From the IMG/VR virus record IMGVR_UViG_3300045988_135886: 64,000 nucleotides of DNA; one strand, given 5' to 3'. Source of the stretch: a virus. Of this stretch, positions 17,510-27,024 are shown in pieces (the first letter of the stretch is position 1; each line of letters opens with the position of its first letter). A model generated the notes under the pieces. That model saw only the letters and a list, made by a program, of their open reading frames with translations, was not told the origin of the DNA and did no database searches. Made by a program: the position numbers and the translations under genes.

Positions 17510-17576
17510 TTACAAGATATGTAGATTACAGCCCACCTCCTGTGGGAATTCGTAGGTGAAAATCCTACCATGTAAC
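17510..17576 (+). pseudogene. tRNA-like cloverleaf with a 5-nt anticodon loop (degenerate tRNA?)
   Basis: Acceptor ttacaag/catgtaa (one A:A mismatch), D stem tgta/taca with a 3-nt loop, stem cccac/gtggg closing loop ctcct, T arm gtagg-tgaaaat-cctac. Confidence 0.3.
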
Positions 17577-17638
17577 TCTTGGTTATGTGATTGTAGCATA
17601 TCATGAATATAAAGATAACCGGATTGATTCCGGTTGAA

Positions 17639-17663
17639 AGGCAGGACTACTCTCCTGCCTTTT
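17639..17663 (+). terminator. hairpin with a short U-tract inside the tRNA cluster
   Basis: 8-bp stem aggcagga/tcctgcct, 6-nt loop, then ttt. Confidence 0.45.
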
Positions 17664-17720
17664 ACTTATAATTAGGAAATGGCTGCGGAGCGGCCTAACA
17701 ATCTGGAAAGACAGATTAAT

Positions 17721-17804
17721 GTTGCGTGTCCGGTAGGTCGAGGGTGCAGTCTTGAAAACTGTCTGGGTGTAAAAGCCTCTGGGGTTCGAATCCCTAACGC
17801 AACG
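17721..17804 (+). tRNA. type II tRNA-Ser (anticodon UGA)
   Basis: Perfect 7-bp acceptor gttgcgt/acgcaac, anticodon stem gcagt/actgt with loop cuUGAaa, long variable arm, T arm tgggg-ttcgaat-cccta. Confidence 0.7.
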
Positions 17805-17807
17805 TCC

Positions 17808-17889
17808 GGGAGAACGGTAGAGATGGAGATCTACGGCGGTCTGTAAAACCGTTGCAATTGCTTTGAGTGTTCGAATCACTCTTCTCCCA
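17808..17889 (+). tRNA. type II tRNA-Tyr (anticodon GUA)
   Basis: Acceptor gggagaa/ttctccc, D stem gtag/ctac, anticodon stem gcggt/accgt with loop cuGUAaa, long variable arm, T arm gagtg-ttcgaat-cactc. Lies 3 nt after tRNA-Ser. Confidence 0.8.
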
Positions 17890-18030
17890 TGAGGTTGACA
17901 AATTAAATCAAAATTCCATAAAACAAGTAGATAAGTTTTACTATGAGATGTGTATACGCATGGATTAGGTTTATTAGAAGGTTTTGTCTCTGATTGCAAC
18001 AGATAATGAGCCTTTTGAGTCTACAAATAC

Positions 18031-18103
18031 CGCAGGTTACGTAGGATCGGTTCCTCGGAGCTTTCATAGGGCTTGTAGATGGGTTCAACTCCCATACCTG
18101 CTA
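18031..18103 (+). tRNA. tRNA-like element, possible CAU anticodon (Met/Ile2), atypical D arm
   Basis: T arm atggg-ttcaact-cccat. Acceptor gcaggt/acctgc with a C1:U72 mismatch. Best anticodon stem gagct/ggctt gives loop uuCAUag. The D region cannot form a standard 4-bp stem. Confidence 0.4.
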
Positions 18104-18108
18104 TTACT

Positions 18109-18130
18109 AAGATACTTCGGTATCTTTTTT
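18109..18130 (+). terminator. rho-independent terminator closing the tRNA cluster
   Basis: Stem aagatac/gtatctt with a ttcg tetraloop, followed by tttttt. Confidence 0.75.
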
Positions 18131-18155
18131 AATTGGATAAAAAGGAGGTGCTCTA

Positions 18156-19358
18156 GTGGCACAAGAAGTTGAAAAAAAGCCTGTACCAAGGGCAAAACCT
18201 AAAGCACCTGCTCAAAAAGTTATTGATCGTGCTATTGATGAAGCTCTCTATGAAGTAGGGCGTACTAAATTTACATGTAATATGTGTGGAAAGCTGAAAG
18301 ATGCTTCCGACTTTTATAAAAGTACAGATCCTCTATGTACTACTGGTGTGACAAGAATATGTAAAATGTGTGCAGCAAAGTTGGCATATTCTGAAGATTT
18401 AAAAGGCAATAAGAAAGCCCCTGATGAACAGAGTGTCCAGTTAGCGCTCAGATATTTAGACAAACCTTTCTTTCAAAAGCTTTATGATGAATCTATTCTT
18501 GAAGCTGCTAACACTATGTCTGGTCGGCCCAAAAATAATACCTGGACTAGTTATATAAAAAATATATCTATGCCACAATATAATACATTAACTTGGAAAG
18601 ATGGTGATTGTGGCAATAGTTCTACTCTTCTACCGTCTATTGGGTCTGTAGATAACTCTGATGAAGTAAAAAAAATGTATAAAACCAATAAAAGAACTGT
18701 TATTTCAGCTCTTGGTTATGATCCATTCGAATCTGCTGCTGATGCAGATAAACCATTAATGTATGGAAAATTAGTAGGTTTCCTCGATGAAAGTACGCAA
18801 GACGATGAATTGAAGTTAGGTGCCTGTGTAGAGATTGTACATAGTCTTAACCAATCTGAAAAAATCAATACTGTAATTAATGCTCTGCAGAAAACTCCAG
18901 AATCTATTATAAAAAATTCTGCTACTATCAAAGCTCTTGAAGCCACTAAAAAAGACATTATGAAAACTACTCTTGATTTGGCTCGTGATAATGGAATTAG
19001 TATTAAGCATAGCAATCATAATACTAAAGGTGCTAATACCTGGACCGGGAAAGTAAAAGAGCTTAAGGAAATGAAGCTTCGTGAACAGGAAGTAAATGCT
19101 TTTGATATAGGAACTTCTCAAGGTATGCTTCAGGTTGCGGAAGCCAGTACTGCTGCAATCATGAAACAGTTGGCTTTAGATGAAAATGACTATACTGAAA
19201 TGATATCAGCCCAACGTCAGAAGGTGTTGGAATTAGAAAATAAATGTGATGCTGCGGTTGAAGAAGCACGTATTCTTCGTAGAGAGAACGATGATCTAAA
19301 AAATTTCCTTAGAGATAAGAAATTGATTGATGAAAATGATGAGGTGATTGTGGAATGA
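18156..19358 (+). CDS. putative small terminase subunit (position-based), GTG start
   Basis: RBS aaaaggagg. Immediately upstream of, and overlapping, the large terminase gene (ATGA). Zinc-ribbon CNMCGK...CKMC and a C-terminal coiled coil. No family motif recognised. Confidence 0.4.
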   Translation: MAQEVEKKPVPRAKPKAPAQKVIDRAIDEALYEVGRTKFTCNMCGKLKDASDFYKSTDPLCTTGVTRICKMCAAKLAYSEDLKGNKKAPDEQSVQLALRYLDKPFFQKLYDESILEAANTMSGRPKNNTWTSYIKNISMPQYNTLTWKDGDCGNSSTLLPSIGSVDNSDEVKKMYKTNKRTVISALGYDPFESAADADKPLMYGKLVGFLDESTQDDELKLGACVEIVHSLNQSEKINTVINALQKTPESIIKNSATIKALEATKKDIMKTTLDLARDNGISIKHSNHNTKGANTWTGKVKELKEMKLREQEVNAFDIGTSQGMLQVAEASTAAIMKQLALDENDYTEMISAQRQKVLELENKCDAAVEEARILRRENDDLKNFLRDKKLIDENDEVIVE

Positions 19359-19906
19359 AACAGACTGATTCTGGTATATGGGTTCCAGATACACCTACTA
19401 TTTTTGTTAAGCCTACAGAAGAAATCATTTCTCAACGAAAAATGGAAGGAATGCAGAAACTTTCTGAAATTAAACAATGGGGATTAAGGAATCCAACTAA
19501 ATTTATGGAAAGATTCATAGGTGTTGACCTTCTTGATGTGCAGACCTATACATTTATGAATTCTTGGGATAAGATGTATGCTCTATGGCTATGTACCAGA
19601 AACTACGGAAAATCGACATTGCTTGCTTTATATTACATGACAAGAGGTATGCTTCTTAATAATTGTAGATGTTATATATGCGCTGGCACCAGTGACCAAT
19701 CCATAGAAACTTTTGAAAAGATTGTATCTATCGCTAAAAATGAAATTGAGTCATTCACTGGATTAACTGATGTATTTAGGAATGAAGTTGTCATTAATAT
19801 GACCAATAATGATGGTTTTATAAGAAATCCTGCAGGCTTTACTTATAGATTGTATAATGGTAGCTTCGTTAAAACACTTAACAGTAACGTCAACGCAAAA
19901 AGAGGT
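19355..19906 (+). CDS. terL: terminase large subunit, exon 1 (ATPase N-terminus)
   Basis: Walker A-like LCTRNYGKST. Ends ...NSNVNAKRG, then 9 unrelated codons and a stop. The boundary could alternatively be at 19913. Confidence 0.75.
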
Positions 19907-21176
19907 AAAAAATATAATACGGTTTTATATAAATAAATCTTAGGAGGAACGTATAATGCCAAACAAAAACTGGGACACTGCTGAAGTGTCTTTTTTAATT
20001 GCAAATTATAATACGCTTTCAAATGAAGAAATAGGTATTCACTTAAACAGAAGTACAGGTGCCATAACAGCTAAATGCTACCAACTTGGATTAAAAAAGA
20101 AACAGACTTGGTCAGACAGCGAAATTTCTTATTTAAAAAGTAATTATAATTTTCTTACGCAAGAACAAATAGCTAATTACTTAGGACGCACTAAAAGTGC
20201 TGTGAATATAAAGGCTAGTAAATTAGGATTAAAAAAAAGATATGAATATAACCATGATTATTTTGAATGTATAGATTCTGAAGATAAAGCTTATTGGTTA
20301 GGTTTTATTTGGGCTGATGGGGCTTTATTTAAAAATGAAAAAGCTAACTCAGGAGAACTGTCTATTGAATTGCAATTACAAGATAAAGAACATTTAAAAA
20401 AATTCAATAAAAGTATAGACGGAAATTTACAAGTAAAAGAGAGAACACGATCAAATTGTTTCAGTGGGAAATACAAAGATAATGTATATACTACTTGTTT
20501 TATTCGCGTACATAGCATCAAGATCGTCAATGACTTAATTAAATTAGGATGTACTCCAAATAAATCAGCAACTATTGGATTACCAGATTTGCCTGAAAAT
20601 TTAATGTGGCATTTCATTAGAGGCTACTTCGATGGTGACGGCTGTGTAGTTTATCAAGATCATAAAACCAATGTAAGATGTGACTTCACTTCTATCTCTT
20701 CTTCTTTAGTCAACCAACTCAGAACATGGTTATATCAACATGGAATCAATTCATATATTACACATGATAAAAATAAATTAAGATTGTGCATCGCTGGCAG
20801 AGACTATAATCTTCTATTCTTATCTAAAATCTATGACAATTCTACAATTTATTTATCTAGGAAATATCAAAAACAACTTCAAATCAGAAATCATATCATT
20901 CAAAAAAAAATCAGCTTAATTGCCTCGTTTATTGGTAACAATAAATTACGAAAGTCAAATGGGAAAGAAAACTGGAAGTGCTGAAATGCGAACCAGACTG
21001 GAAGGCTGTATTTAAAAGTACAGTCACAGGCAGAGCATAGAGAATGAACCTGTGAAAACAGAATATAATTTCTCCAAGAGTCCCCATCTCCTTACTAAGG
21101 ATGAAAAGGTATGCCGAACTTATAAGAAATACAATTATAAGAATTAGAAGATAAAAAGCTTCTAAGATAACATATG
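19907..21176 (+). mobile_element. group I-type intron (LAGLIDADG-encoding) in terL
   Basis: U19906 and G21176 flank it. Joining them gives RG-KRAEAVCF-DE. The alternative 19914..21183 (U19913/G21183, P1 aaaat/gtttt with G19922) gives RG-KKSEAVCF-DE, which has the same length. Tentative P7 boxes: ccagactgg (20993-21001) and aagtacagtcac (21016-21027). Confidence 0.65.
19956..20984 (+). CDS. double-motif LAGLIDADG homing endonuclease
   Basis: YWLGFIWADGAL and FIRGYFDGDGCV motifs. Own RBS taggagg. Two N-terminal helix-turn-helix-like repeats (...IGIHLNRSTGAITAKCYQLGLKKK / IANYLGRTKSAVNIKASKLGLKKR). Confidence 0.85.
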   Translation: MPNKNWDTAEVSFLIANYNTLSNEEIGIHLNRSTGAITAKCYQLGLKKKQTWSDSEISYLKSNYNFLTQEQIANYLGRTKSAVNIKASKLGLKKRYEYNHDYFECIDSEDKAYWLGFIWADGALFKNEKANSGELSIELQLQDKEHLKKFNKSIDGNLQVKERTRSNCFSGKYKDNVYTTCFIRVHSIKIVNDLIKLGCTPNKSATIGLPDLPENLMWHFIRGYFDGDGCVVYQDHKTNVRCDFTSISSSLVNQLRTWLYQHGINSYITHDKNKLRLCIAGRDYNLLFLSKIYDNSTIYLSRKYQKQLQIRNHIIQKKISLIASFIGNNKLRKSNGKENWKC

Positions 21177-22631
21177 AAAAGAGCTGAAGCAGTTTGTTTT
21201 GATGAATCTGGTTTCCTGGACGAAGAAGTATTTCAGGTTATTGAACCATATACAGCTCAGGATAAGAACTTTAAAATGGGTGGAAGTGTAAATGTAACTA
21301 CTCTTCCTAAAGAATTGCCTAACCAATTACTCTACACTTCAAGTGCCAGCACTACTGATTCTTACTTTTATAAAAAGTATAAAGAATACAGTAAAGCTAT
21401 GATCTGGGGTTCCAAAGACCATTTTGTAGCAGATATCAACTGTGAAATTATGTTTAATGCTACATATAGAGGTAAGATTTATCCAGCATCTCTGTTAACC
21501 AAAGAAAAGGTTGACAATGCAATGCGTGAAAATAAAGAAAAAGCTCTTCGTGAGTATTACAATATATTCACTTCTGATGGCGGTGCAGATGCCATCTTCA
21601 AACGTTCTATGATAGTAAAAAATTCTACTATCCGTCCCCCAATTATGTTTAATGATACAAAAGACAGACTTTTTGCCTTAGCATATGATCCAGCTAGATC
21701 TATGGATAACTCTTTTGTCCTTGTTGGAGAATATTATAAAGATTCTTCAGACAATTGGAGAATGCGTATTGCTAATGGTATTAATTTTATGGATCTTAGT
21801 AAAAAGAATAAAACTCCTATGCGTACACCTGAACAGGTCAAGAAACTGAAACAACTGATTCTTGACTATAACGGTGATGGAGTCGATGACTATACAAACA
21901 TAAGTAATATCTTTATAGATGCTGGTTCTGGTGGTGCCGGTGTTAATATTGCAGATTATCTTATGGAAGATTGGTATGAAGAAGGACATGAAGGTGAACA
22001 GAAATATTTACATAGAGGTCTTATAGATAAAGAACAGTCGTCTGATTATGTCAAAAAATTTCCTAATGCTGTAGATAAAATTAAATTATTACCGCCTACT
22101 ATGTATAAATCTATTATCTATGAAGCTGCTATTGAAATGATGAGACTTGATCTCATAGATTTCACTGCTGAGTATGATAATAAAGGATATTTAACAATGC
22201 TAGATATAGACGAAAAAGAAATGGCAAAAGCAAAAAAAGATTTAATTGCTAAGTATAAAGATAAATCTATGTCTAAAGGTGAATTAGATCGTTTAGTTGA
22301 AGAAGAACTTCAAGAAAGAAATTTGGCCTCAACTAAAATTTATAAACTATCTCCTGATGAGGAACTTGGTCTAGTACAGATCGACTCGCTAAAGGAGGAA
22401 ATGGTTAATATGGTACGAAAGAAACGAGAATCTGGTAAAGATGGCTTTGAACTGTCTACAGAGAAGCAAAACAAATTGCATGATGATCGTTCGTATTGTT
22501 TCTCAATGCTCTGTTATGGACTCTCAGAACTTCGTAGAGAACATATTAAAAATAAGAAACGTCCCAAAAAAGAAAATATAGCTGCTGCTATGCCTATTCG
22601 TAAAGGTGTAGTAAGAAAAATGTTTAGTTAG
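21177..22631 (+). CDS. terL: terminase large subunit, exon 2 (Walker B plus nuclease)
   Basis: Begins KRAEAVCFDESGFLDEE (Walker B hhhhDE). No SD before the listed ATG 21174 (aagataacatATG). In-frame stop at 21168. Confidence 0.75.
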   Translation, partial: KRAEAVCFDESGFLDEEVFQVIEPYTAQDKNFKMGGSVNVTTLPKELPNQLLYTSSASTTDSYFYKKYKEYSKAMIWGSKDHFVADINCEIMFNATYRGKIYPASLLTKEKVDNAMRENKEKALREYYNIFTSDGGADAIFKRSMIVKNSTIRPPIMFNDTKDRLFALAYDPARSMDNSFVLVGEYYKDSSDNWRMRIANGINFMDLSKKNKTPMRTPEQVKKLKQLILDYNGDGVDDYTNISNIFIDAGSGGAGVNIADYLMEDWYEEGHEGEQKYLHRGLIDKEQSSDYVKKFPNAVDKIKLLPPTMYKSIIYEAAIEMMRLDLIDFTAEYDNKGYLTMLDIDEKEMAKAKKDLIAKYKDKSMSKGELDRLVEEELQERNLASTKIYKLSPDEELGLVQIDSLKEEMVNMVRKKRESGKDGFELSTEKQNKLHDDRSYCFSMLCYGLSELRREHIKNKKRPKKENIAAAMPIRKGVVRKMFS

Positions 22632-22642
22632 GAGGTGAGACA

Positions 22643-24187
22643 TTGGCTATTAAAGAGGAAAAAACAACTCAAGAGATAAAAAATTATGCTCTTAAACAAC
22701 AGGCATTACAAGAAAAATTCGCTCAAGTAAAGCAAGCCGTACAGCTTATTGATTTAACTAAAACAGAAACAAGAACATTTACTGTATTTAGTAAAGATAA
22801 ATTACGTCAATATATGCAAAACCCTAAAACCAATGAATCTAACCTTCGTAATTTGAGCAGATTCTTATATAGAGTTTCTCATAATTACAGAAGACTTATC
22901 TCCTATCAGGCAGAAATGGTAGATTTAACAGCTCTTAATGTTATACCTCAGATAGATTTTACTGAGGATGCGCATGACGATGAAAAAATAAAGACTAGTT
23001 ATTTTAATACTTTAGTACAACTTGATAAGATGAATATGCAGTCAGAGATTTTAAAATGCCTATTGATTGCATGGCGTGAAGATACATTTTATGGTTATAC
23101 ATATGAAGATGATTCTGGATTCTTCATTTACCCTCTTGATGGAGATTATTGTAAAGTATCTTCTGTCAATTATGATGGCACTCTTAATTGTGCCTTTGAT
23201 TTCAGTTATTTCAGAAGTCATACTGCCGACTTAGAATACTGGGATTCTGAATTTAATTCTAAATACAATTCCTTTCAAAGTGACAATACTCTTCGTTGGC
23301 AAGAGTTGGATCCAGAAAGAACTTTTGTAATTAAAGTTAACATTGATGATCCAACGCTTAATATGCCACCTCTTTCTGGTTTGTTCGAACCACTTATTGA
23401 TCTTATTGATCTCCAAAGTATTCAGTCGGTAAAAGATGACTTATCAATCTATAAACTTCTGGTTGCAAGATTAGAAACACTTACTAACTCTGACGAACCA
23501 GATGATTTCTCAGTAGATATTGATACAGCCATTGAATATTATAATAGACTAGTTGAATCTCTTCCAGATTGTGTATCTGCAGCTATCTCCCCTCTTAAAA
23601 TTGAACCTATAGAGTTTCAAGGTGACCAGACTCAAGATGTTAATAGAATTGCTACTGCTACTTCGAATTTATTTAAAAATTCTGGTGGTGCACAGATTCT
23701 TGATAATGACAAAGTCTCAGGTACGACAGCTTTTACTGCTGCTATTCTTTGTGACACAATGATGGCTATTAAAACTGTCCTTCCACAGATAGAAGAACGA
23801 GTTAATAGATATCTTACTTTTGCTATTGGTGATGATCATGCTAGAGTAAAATATTTTGAGGTATCTCCTTATACAAAAGCTTCTAAAAAAGAAGAACTTA
23901 TGAAATCTGGAGAACGAGGTGTGCCAGTAAAGCTAGCCGTTGCTGCTCTTGATGGTATCTCACCTCTTGAAGCTTTATCTATGGATTATCTTGAGAATAC
24001 TGTTCTAAAACTTCACGAAACATGGATTCCTTTTAGTACTTCTTTCACATTGAGTGGATCTGCCTCACAGCAAGTTATTGATGGTAAAACAGATGATACA
24101 AAAGGTGGAAGACCTCAATCCGACAACCTTACAGATGAAGGTGAAAAAAGTAGAGAATCAGAAAAGTCCAGTGAACAGGAGGGATAA
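22643..24187 (+). CDS. putative portal protein (position and size), TTG start
   Basis: RBS taggaggtg. 514 aa. Directly downstream of terL. Confidence 0.55.
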   Translation: MAIKEEKTTQEIKNYALKQQALQEKFAQVKQAVQLIDLTKTETRTFTVFSKDKLRQYMQNPKTNESNLRNLSRFLYRVSHNYRRLISYQAEMVDLTALNVIPQIDFTEDAHDDEKIKTSYFNTLVQLDKMNMQSEILKCLLIAWREDTFYGYTYEDDSGFFIYPLDGDYCKVSSVNYDGTLNCAFDFSYFRSHTADLEYWDSEFNSKYNSFQSDNTLRWQELDPERTFVIKVNIDDPTLNMPPLSGLFEPLIDLIDLQSIQSVKDDLSIYKLLVARLETLTNSDEPDDFSVDIDTAIEYYNRLVESLPDCVSAAISPLKIEPIEFQGDQTQDVNRIATATSNLFKNSGGAQILDNDKVSGTTAFTAAILCDTMMAIKTVLPQIEERVNRYLTFAIGDDHARVKYFEVSPYTKASKKEELMKSGERGVPVKLAVAALDGISPLEALSMDYLENTVLKLHETWIPFSTSFTLSGSASQQVIDGKTDDTKGGRPQSDNLTDEGEKSRESEKSSEQEG

Positions 24188-24190
24188 TAG

Positions 24191-24376
24191 ATGAACAAAC
24201 ATTTTATCCGAACTGCTGACCAGGAAACAGCAAATATTTTAAAATCTATTGGCTTTCCTCAGGTCGGCTATACTAAAGGTATCTATACATTTGCAAATTG
24301 TTCATCTCTTTCTTTTGCAAATGTAAATATAGATATAAACAAGCTAACTTATACCGATATTTATTGTGCAAGTTAG
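24191..24376 (+). CDS. small hypothetical protein (61 aa)
   Basis: RBS caggaggg before the ATG. Confidence 0.5.
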   Translation: MNKHFIRTADQETANILKSIGFPQVGYTKGIYTFANCSSLSFANVNIDINKLTYTDIYCAS

Positions 24377-24424
24377 TACTCCTCTTCTATGAGGATAAAA
24401 ATACACAATAGAAAGGAGGCTAAC

Positions 24425-26017
24425 ATGAAGAAAAAAGTACTTACATTAGATGATCTCTATTCTTTTTTTGAACAGAGGAATCAGACAACTGTATTCAGTG
24501 CCAAAGAGTCTGGATATAATATTGCAGTTCAGGTTCCGGCAAAATTTGAATTAGAAGATTCTGATGAAGATGATGGTTTTTTACGAACTAAATTCAAAGT
24601 AAATCATTTATATGAAAATAGAAATAAATCTTATATATCTGAAGAAGCTCAGTTAGAAGCTTTACCGTCTTTACACTATAGACCAGTTCTGGCCGCTATT
24701 ACCACTTTATCTGATGGAACTACTGATTTTACTTCTCATGCTATGGAATTTGATGATGAAGGAAACATTACATACATTGAACAACCTATTGGTGTTTTTG
24801 TCAATCCTGAAGGATATCATCTTGAGTATGATAAAGAACATGATAAAACATATGTTATTGCCGATGCGGTAATTTATAACGATTATTGTGCTCCAGCATG
24901 TGAAATTATTCAGCGTAAACAAGGAAGTAAAGTAAGTTGTGAATTAAGTATTTCAGAACTCTCTTTTGACACTAAGGACAAAGTGCTTCACTTAGATAAA
25001 TTCAGATATAATGGTGTAACTTGTTTAGGCACTGATCCTATCACCGAGAAACCCGTTGAAGAAGGTATGGAGGGTGCCAGATTAGATATTGCTGATTTCA
25101 GTGAAGAGAATAATAGTCTTTTTACTAATACAGAAGAAAAATTACTAAAGGTTATTCAGTCTTTGCAGGAGACTCTTGCTAAGTTTGAAATTGAAGAACC
25201 AACGAAAGGAGGAAACCAAACGTTGAAACTCAATGAATTATTAGAGAAATACTCTAAAACTGTTGAAGACCTTGACTTTGATTATGAGTCTATGTCCGAT
25301 GAAGAGTTAGAGGCTAAGTTTGCTGAATTATTCGAAGGTACAGAAGATCCAGACGAACCGGTAAAAGAACCAGTTGCTGATCCGGAAGCTGATCCAGAAT
25401 CAAATGACAATTCAGAGTTTAGCAATAAAAAAAGATATACAAAAAAAGAAAATGGTAATACTGAAGTTACTTTTGAAATTAGTCATGAAGATGTAAGAGG
25501 TGCATTATATACTCTTCTGTCTACTTGGGAAGAAAATGATAATGAATGGTATTTTATTAATGCTACATATGATGACCATTTTGTATATAGCAACTGGGAT
25601 GAAAGTAAAATTTTCCGTCAGGGCTATACAAAAGATGGCGATGCAGTATCTCTCTCAGATGAAAGAACAGAATTATTTAAAGAGTATCTTACACTTTCAG
25701 AAAAAAGTGAATTAGAAGAACTCAGAAGTAACTATGCTGCTCTTCAGAATAGAGTTAATGAGTATGAATCAAAAGATAAAGAAGCTGTTCTTGGTGCTGA
25801 AATTTACACTGAACTGAAAGATAGAGAAGATTTTAAAGAACTGATCAAAAATCAGGCTATCTACAGTGTAGAAGAAGTACAGACAAGAGCCGATGCTATT
25901 TTAGGTAAATATGTTAAAGAAAAAGGCACTTTCAACTATCAGCAGAAACCTAGTGCTATTGGTTTTACTGAACCTAAGAAAGCTAAGAAACCATATGGAA
26001 GTTTATTTAAGGATTGA
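24425..26017 (+). CDS. putative scaffolding protein, possibly with an N-terminal prohead-protease-like domain
   Basis: ATG 24425 with RBS gaaaggagg. Acidic linker EDPDEPVKEPVADPEADPES and a C-terminal coiled coil. Lies between the portal and capsid genes. Confidence 0.4.
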   Translation: MKKKVLTLDDLYSFFEQRNQTTVFSAKESGYNIAVQVPAKFELEDSDEDDGFLRTKFKVNHLYENRNKSYISEEAQLEALPSLHYRPVLAAITTLSDGTTDFTSHAMEFDDEGNITYIEQPIGVFVNPEGYHLEYDKEHDKTYVIADAVIYNDYCAPACEIIQRKQGSKVSCELSISELSFDTKDKVLHLDKFRYNGVTCLGTDPITEKPVEEGMEGARLDIADFSEENNSLFTNTEEKLLKVIQSLQETLAKFEIEEPTKGGNQTLKLNELLEKYSKTVEDLDFDYESMSDEELEAKFAELFEGTEDPDEPVKEPVADPEADPESNDNSEFSNKKRYTKKENGNTEVTFEISHEDVRGALYTLLSTWEENDNEWYFINATYDDHFVYSNWDESKIFRQGYTKDGDAVSLSDERTELFKEYLTLSEKSELEELRSNYAALQNRVNEYESKDKEAVLGAEIYTELKDREDFKELIKNQAIYSVEEVQTRADAILGKYVKEKGTFNYQQKPSAIGFTEPKKAKKPYGSLFKD

Positions 26018-26028
26018 GCTATCAAATA
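26006..26028 (+). terminator. rho-independent terminator
   Basis: Stem gagcta/tagctc, loop tcaaa, then tttttt. Confidence 0.6.
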
Positions 26029-26071
26029 GCTCTTTTTTATTGCCTAAAAATATTTAAAGGAGGAAATAAAA

Positions 26072-26545
26072 ATGGCATCTAATTTTCAGAAATTTATGGC
26101 TACTGCTGAAAAACACGCTGTTGCTGGTAGCTCTAAGCTGAAAGCTACTATTGCAGGTCATATTTATAACATTCAGATTGAAGAAGATCTGGACAACGGA
26201 TCAATTGTTGCAAAAGGCGATTATATCAAACCGGAGACTTATAAAGCTAAAGATTCTACTGGTTTTGCTGGTGTAGTACTGGATAAAGCAGCTAACGGAA
26301 ATTGGTATGTAGAAGTTAAAACACCAGGAGATGCTCTGTTACTGCTCCAGGTACCAATGTTATACGAAGAATATACTACCGCTCTTAAACATGAAAGTAA
26401 TTTCTATAACGCAAATGGTGACATCGTTCGAGCATATGAGCTTTATGTAGGTGATGTGTTTGAAGTATCATCTGAAGGATTTAGTGGTACTCCTGCTAAA
26501 GGTGCAACTGTAACTGTAGCAGACAAAAAGCTGACAATTGGTTAA
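26072..26545 (+). CDS. capsid-associated protein (decoration or accessory, position-based)
   Basis: Very strong RBS aaaggagg. 157 aa. Immediately upstream of the major capsid gene. Confidence 0.4.
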   Translation: MASNFQKFMATAEKHAVAGSSKLKATIAGHIYNIQIEEDLDNGSIVAKGDYIKPETYKAKDSTGFAGVVLDKAANGNWYVEVKTPGDALLLLQVPMLYEEYTTALKHESNFYNANGDIVRAYELYVGDVFEVSSEGFSGTPAKGATVTVADKKLTIG

Positions 26546-26563
26546 TGAAAGGAGGAATACATA

Positions 26564-27024
26564 ATGAAACTTAATTTTTCAAGTAATGAAGTAAGAAATA
26601 TTTTTGCTGAAAATGATTATGCAGAGTACTCCCAGCTTATGTTTGACACAGCTAAGGGAGAAGAAAAAGTATCTACAAAAGATGCTAATAATAAAATCAG
26701 AGAGATTATGTTCTCTGTACTTGGAGTAGATGAAAACTGCTCAAGAAAAGAACTTAGAAAAGCTATTCGTAGACATAAAATTGATGTATTTGAAATTATC
26801 GAAGAGACAGTAGAGAATCTGCTTGTTTCTGGTTGGGGAGAAAACCCATTCTTCAATGAATTTGTAGAAATCAAATCTATGGCTGACGGTGATACTAATG
26901 AGTTCTATGTACCGGATGAAGTTATTCTGACAGTGTCTGAACTTGCAGGCAATCATCATGACCTGATCAGACAGCGTCTGGCAGAAGGACAGACATTCTC
27001 TGTTAGAACTTCATGGTATGGGAT
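26564..27024 (+). CDS. major capsid protein, exon 1
   Basis: RBS aaaggagg. Ends ...FSVRTSWYG, then 3 codons and a stop. Together with 28265-28883 it makes a 359-aa protein in the capsid position. Confidence 0.65.

Noticed and set aside
18031-18103. Possible suppressor tRNA reading UGA (loop register uuUCAua gives anticodon UCA).
   Set aside because: That register leaves two mismatches in a 5-bp anticodon stem. The register giving CAU forms five pairs. Genes in the window terminate normally with TGA, TAA and TAG, so there is no sign of recoding.
17601-18172. Listed ORFs 17601-17999(-), 17903-18088(-) and 17984-18172(+) across the tRNA cluster.
   Set aside because: They overlap hand-folded tRNAs and terminators and have no RBS.
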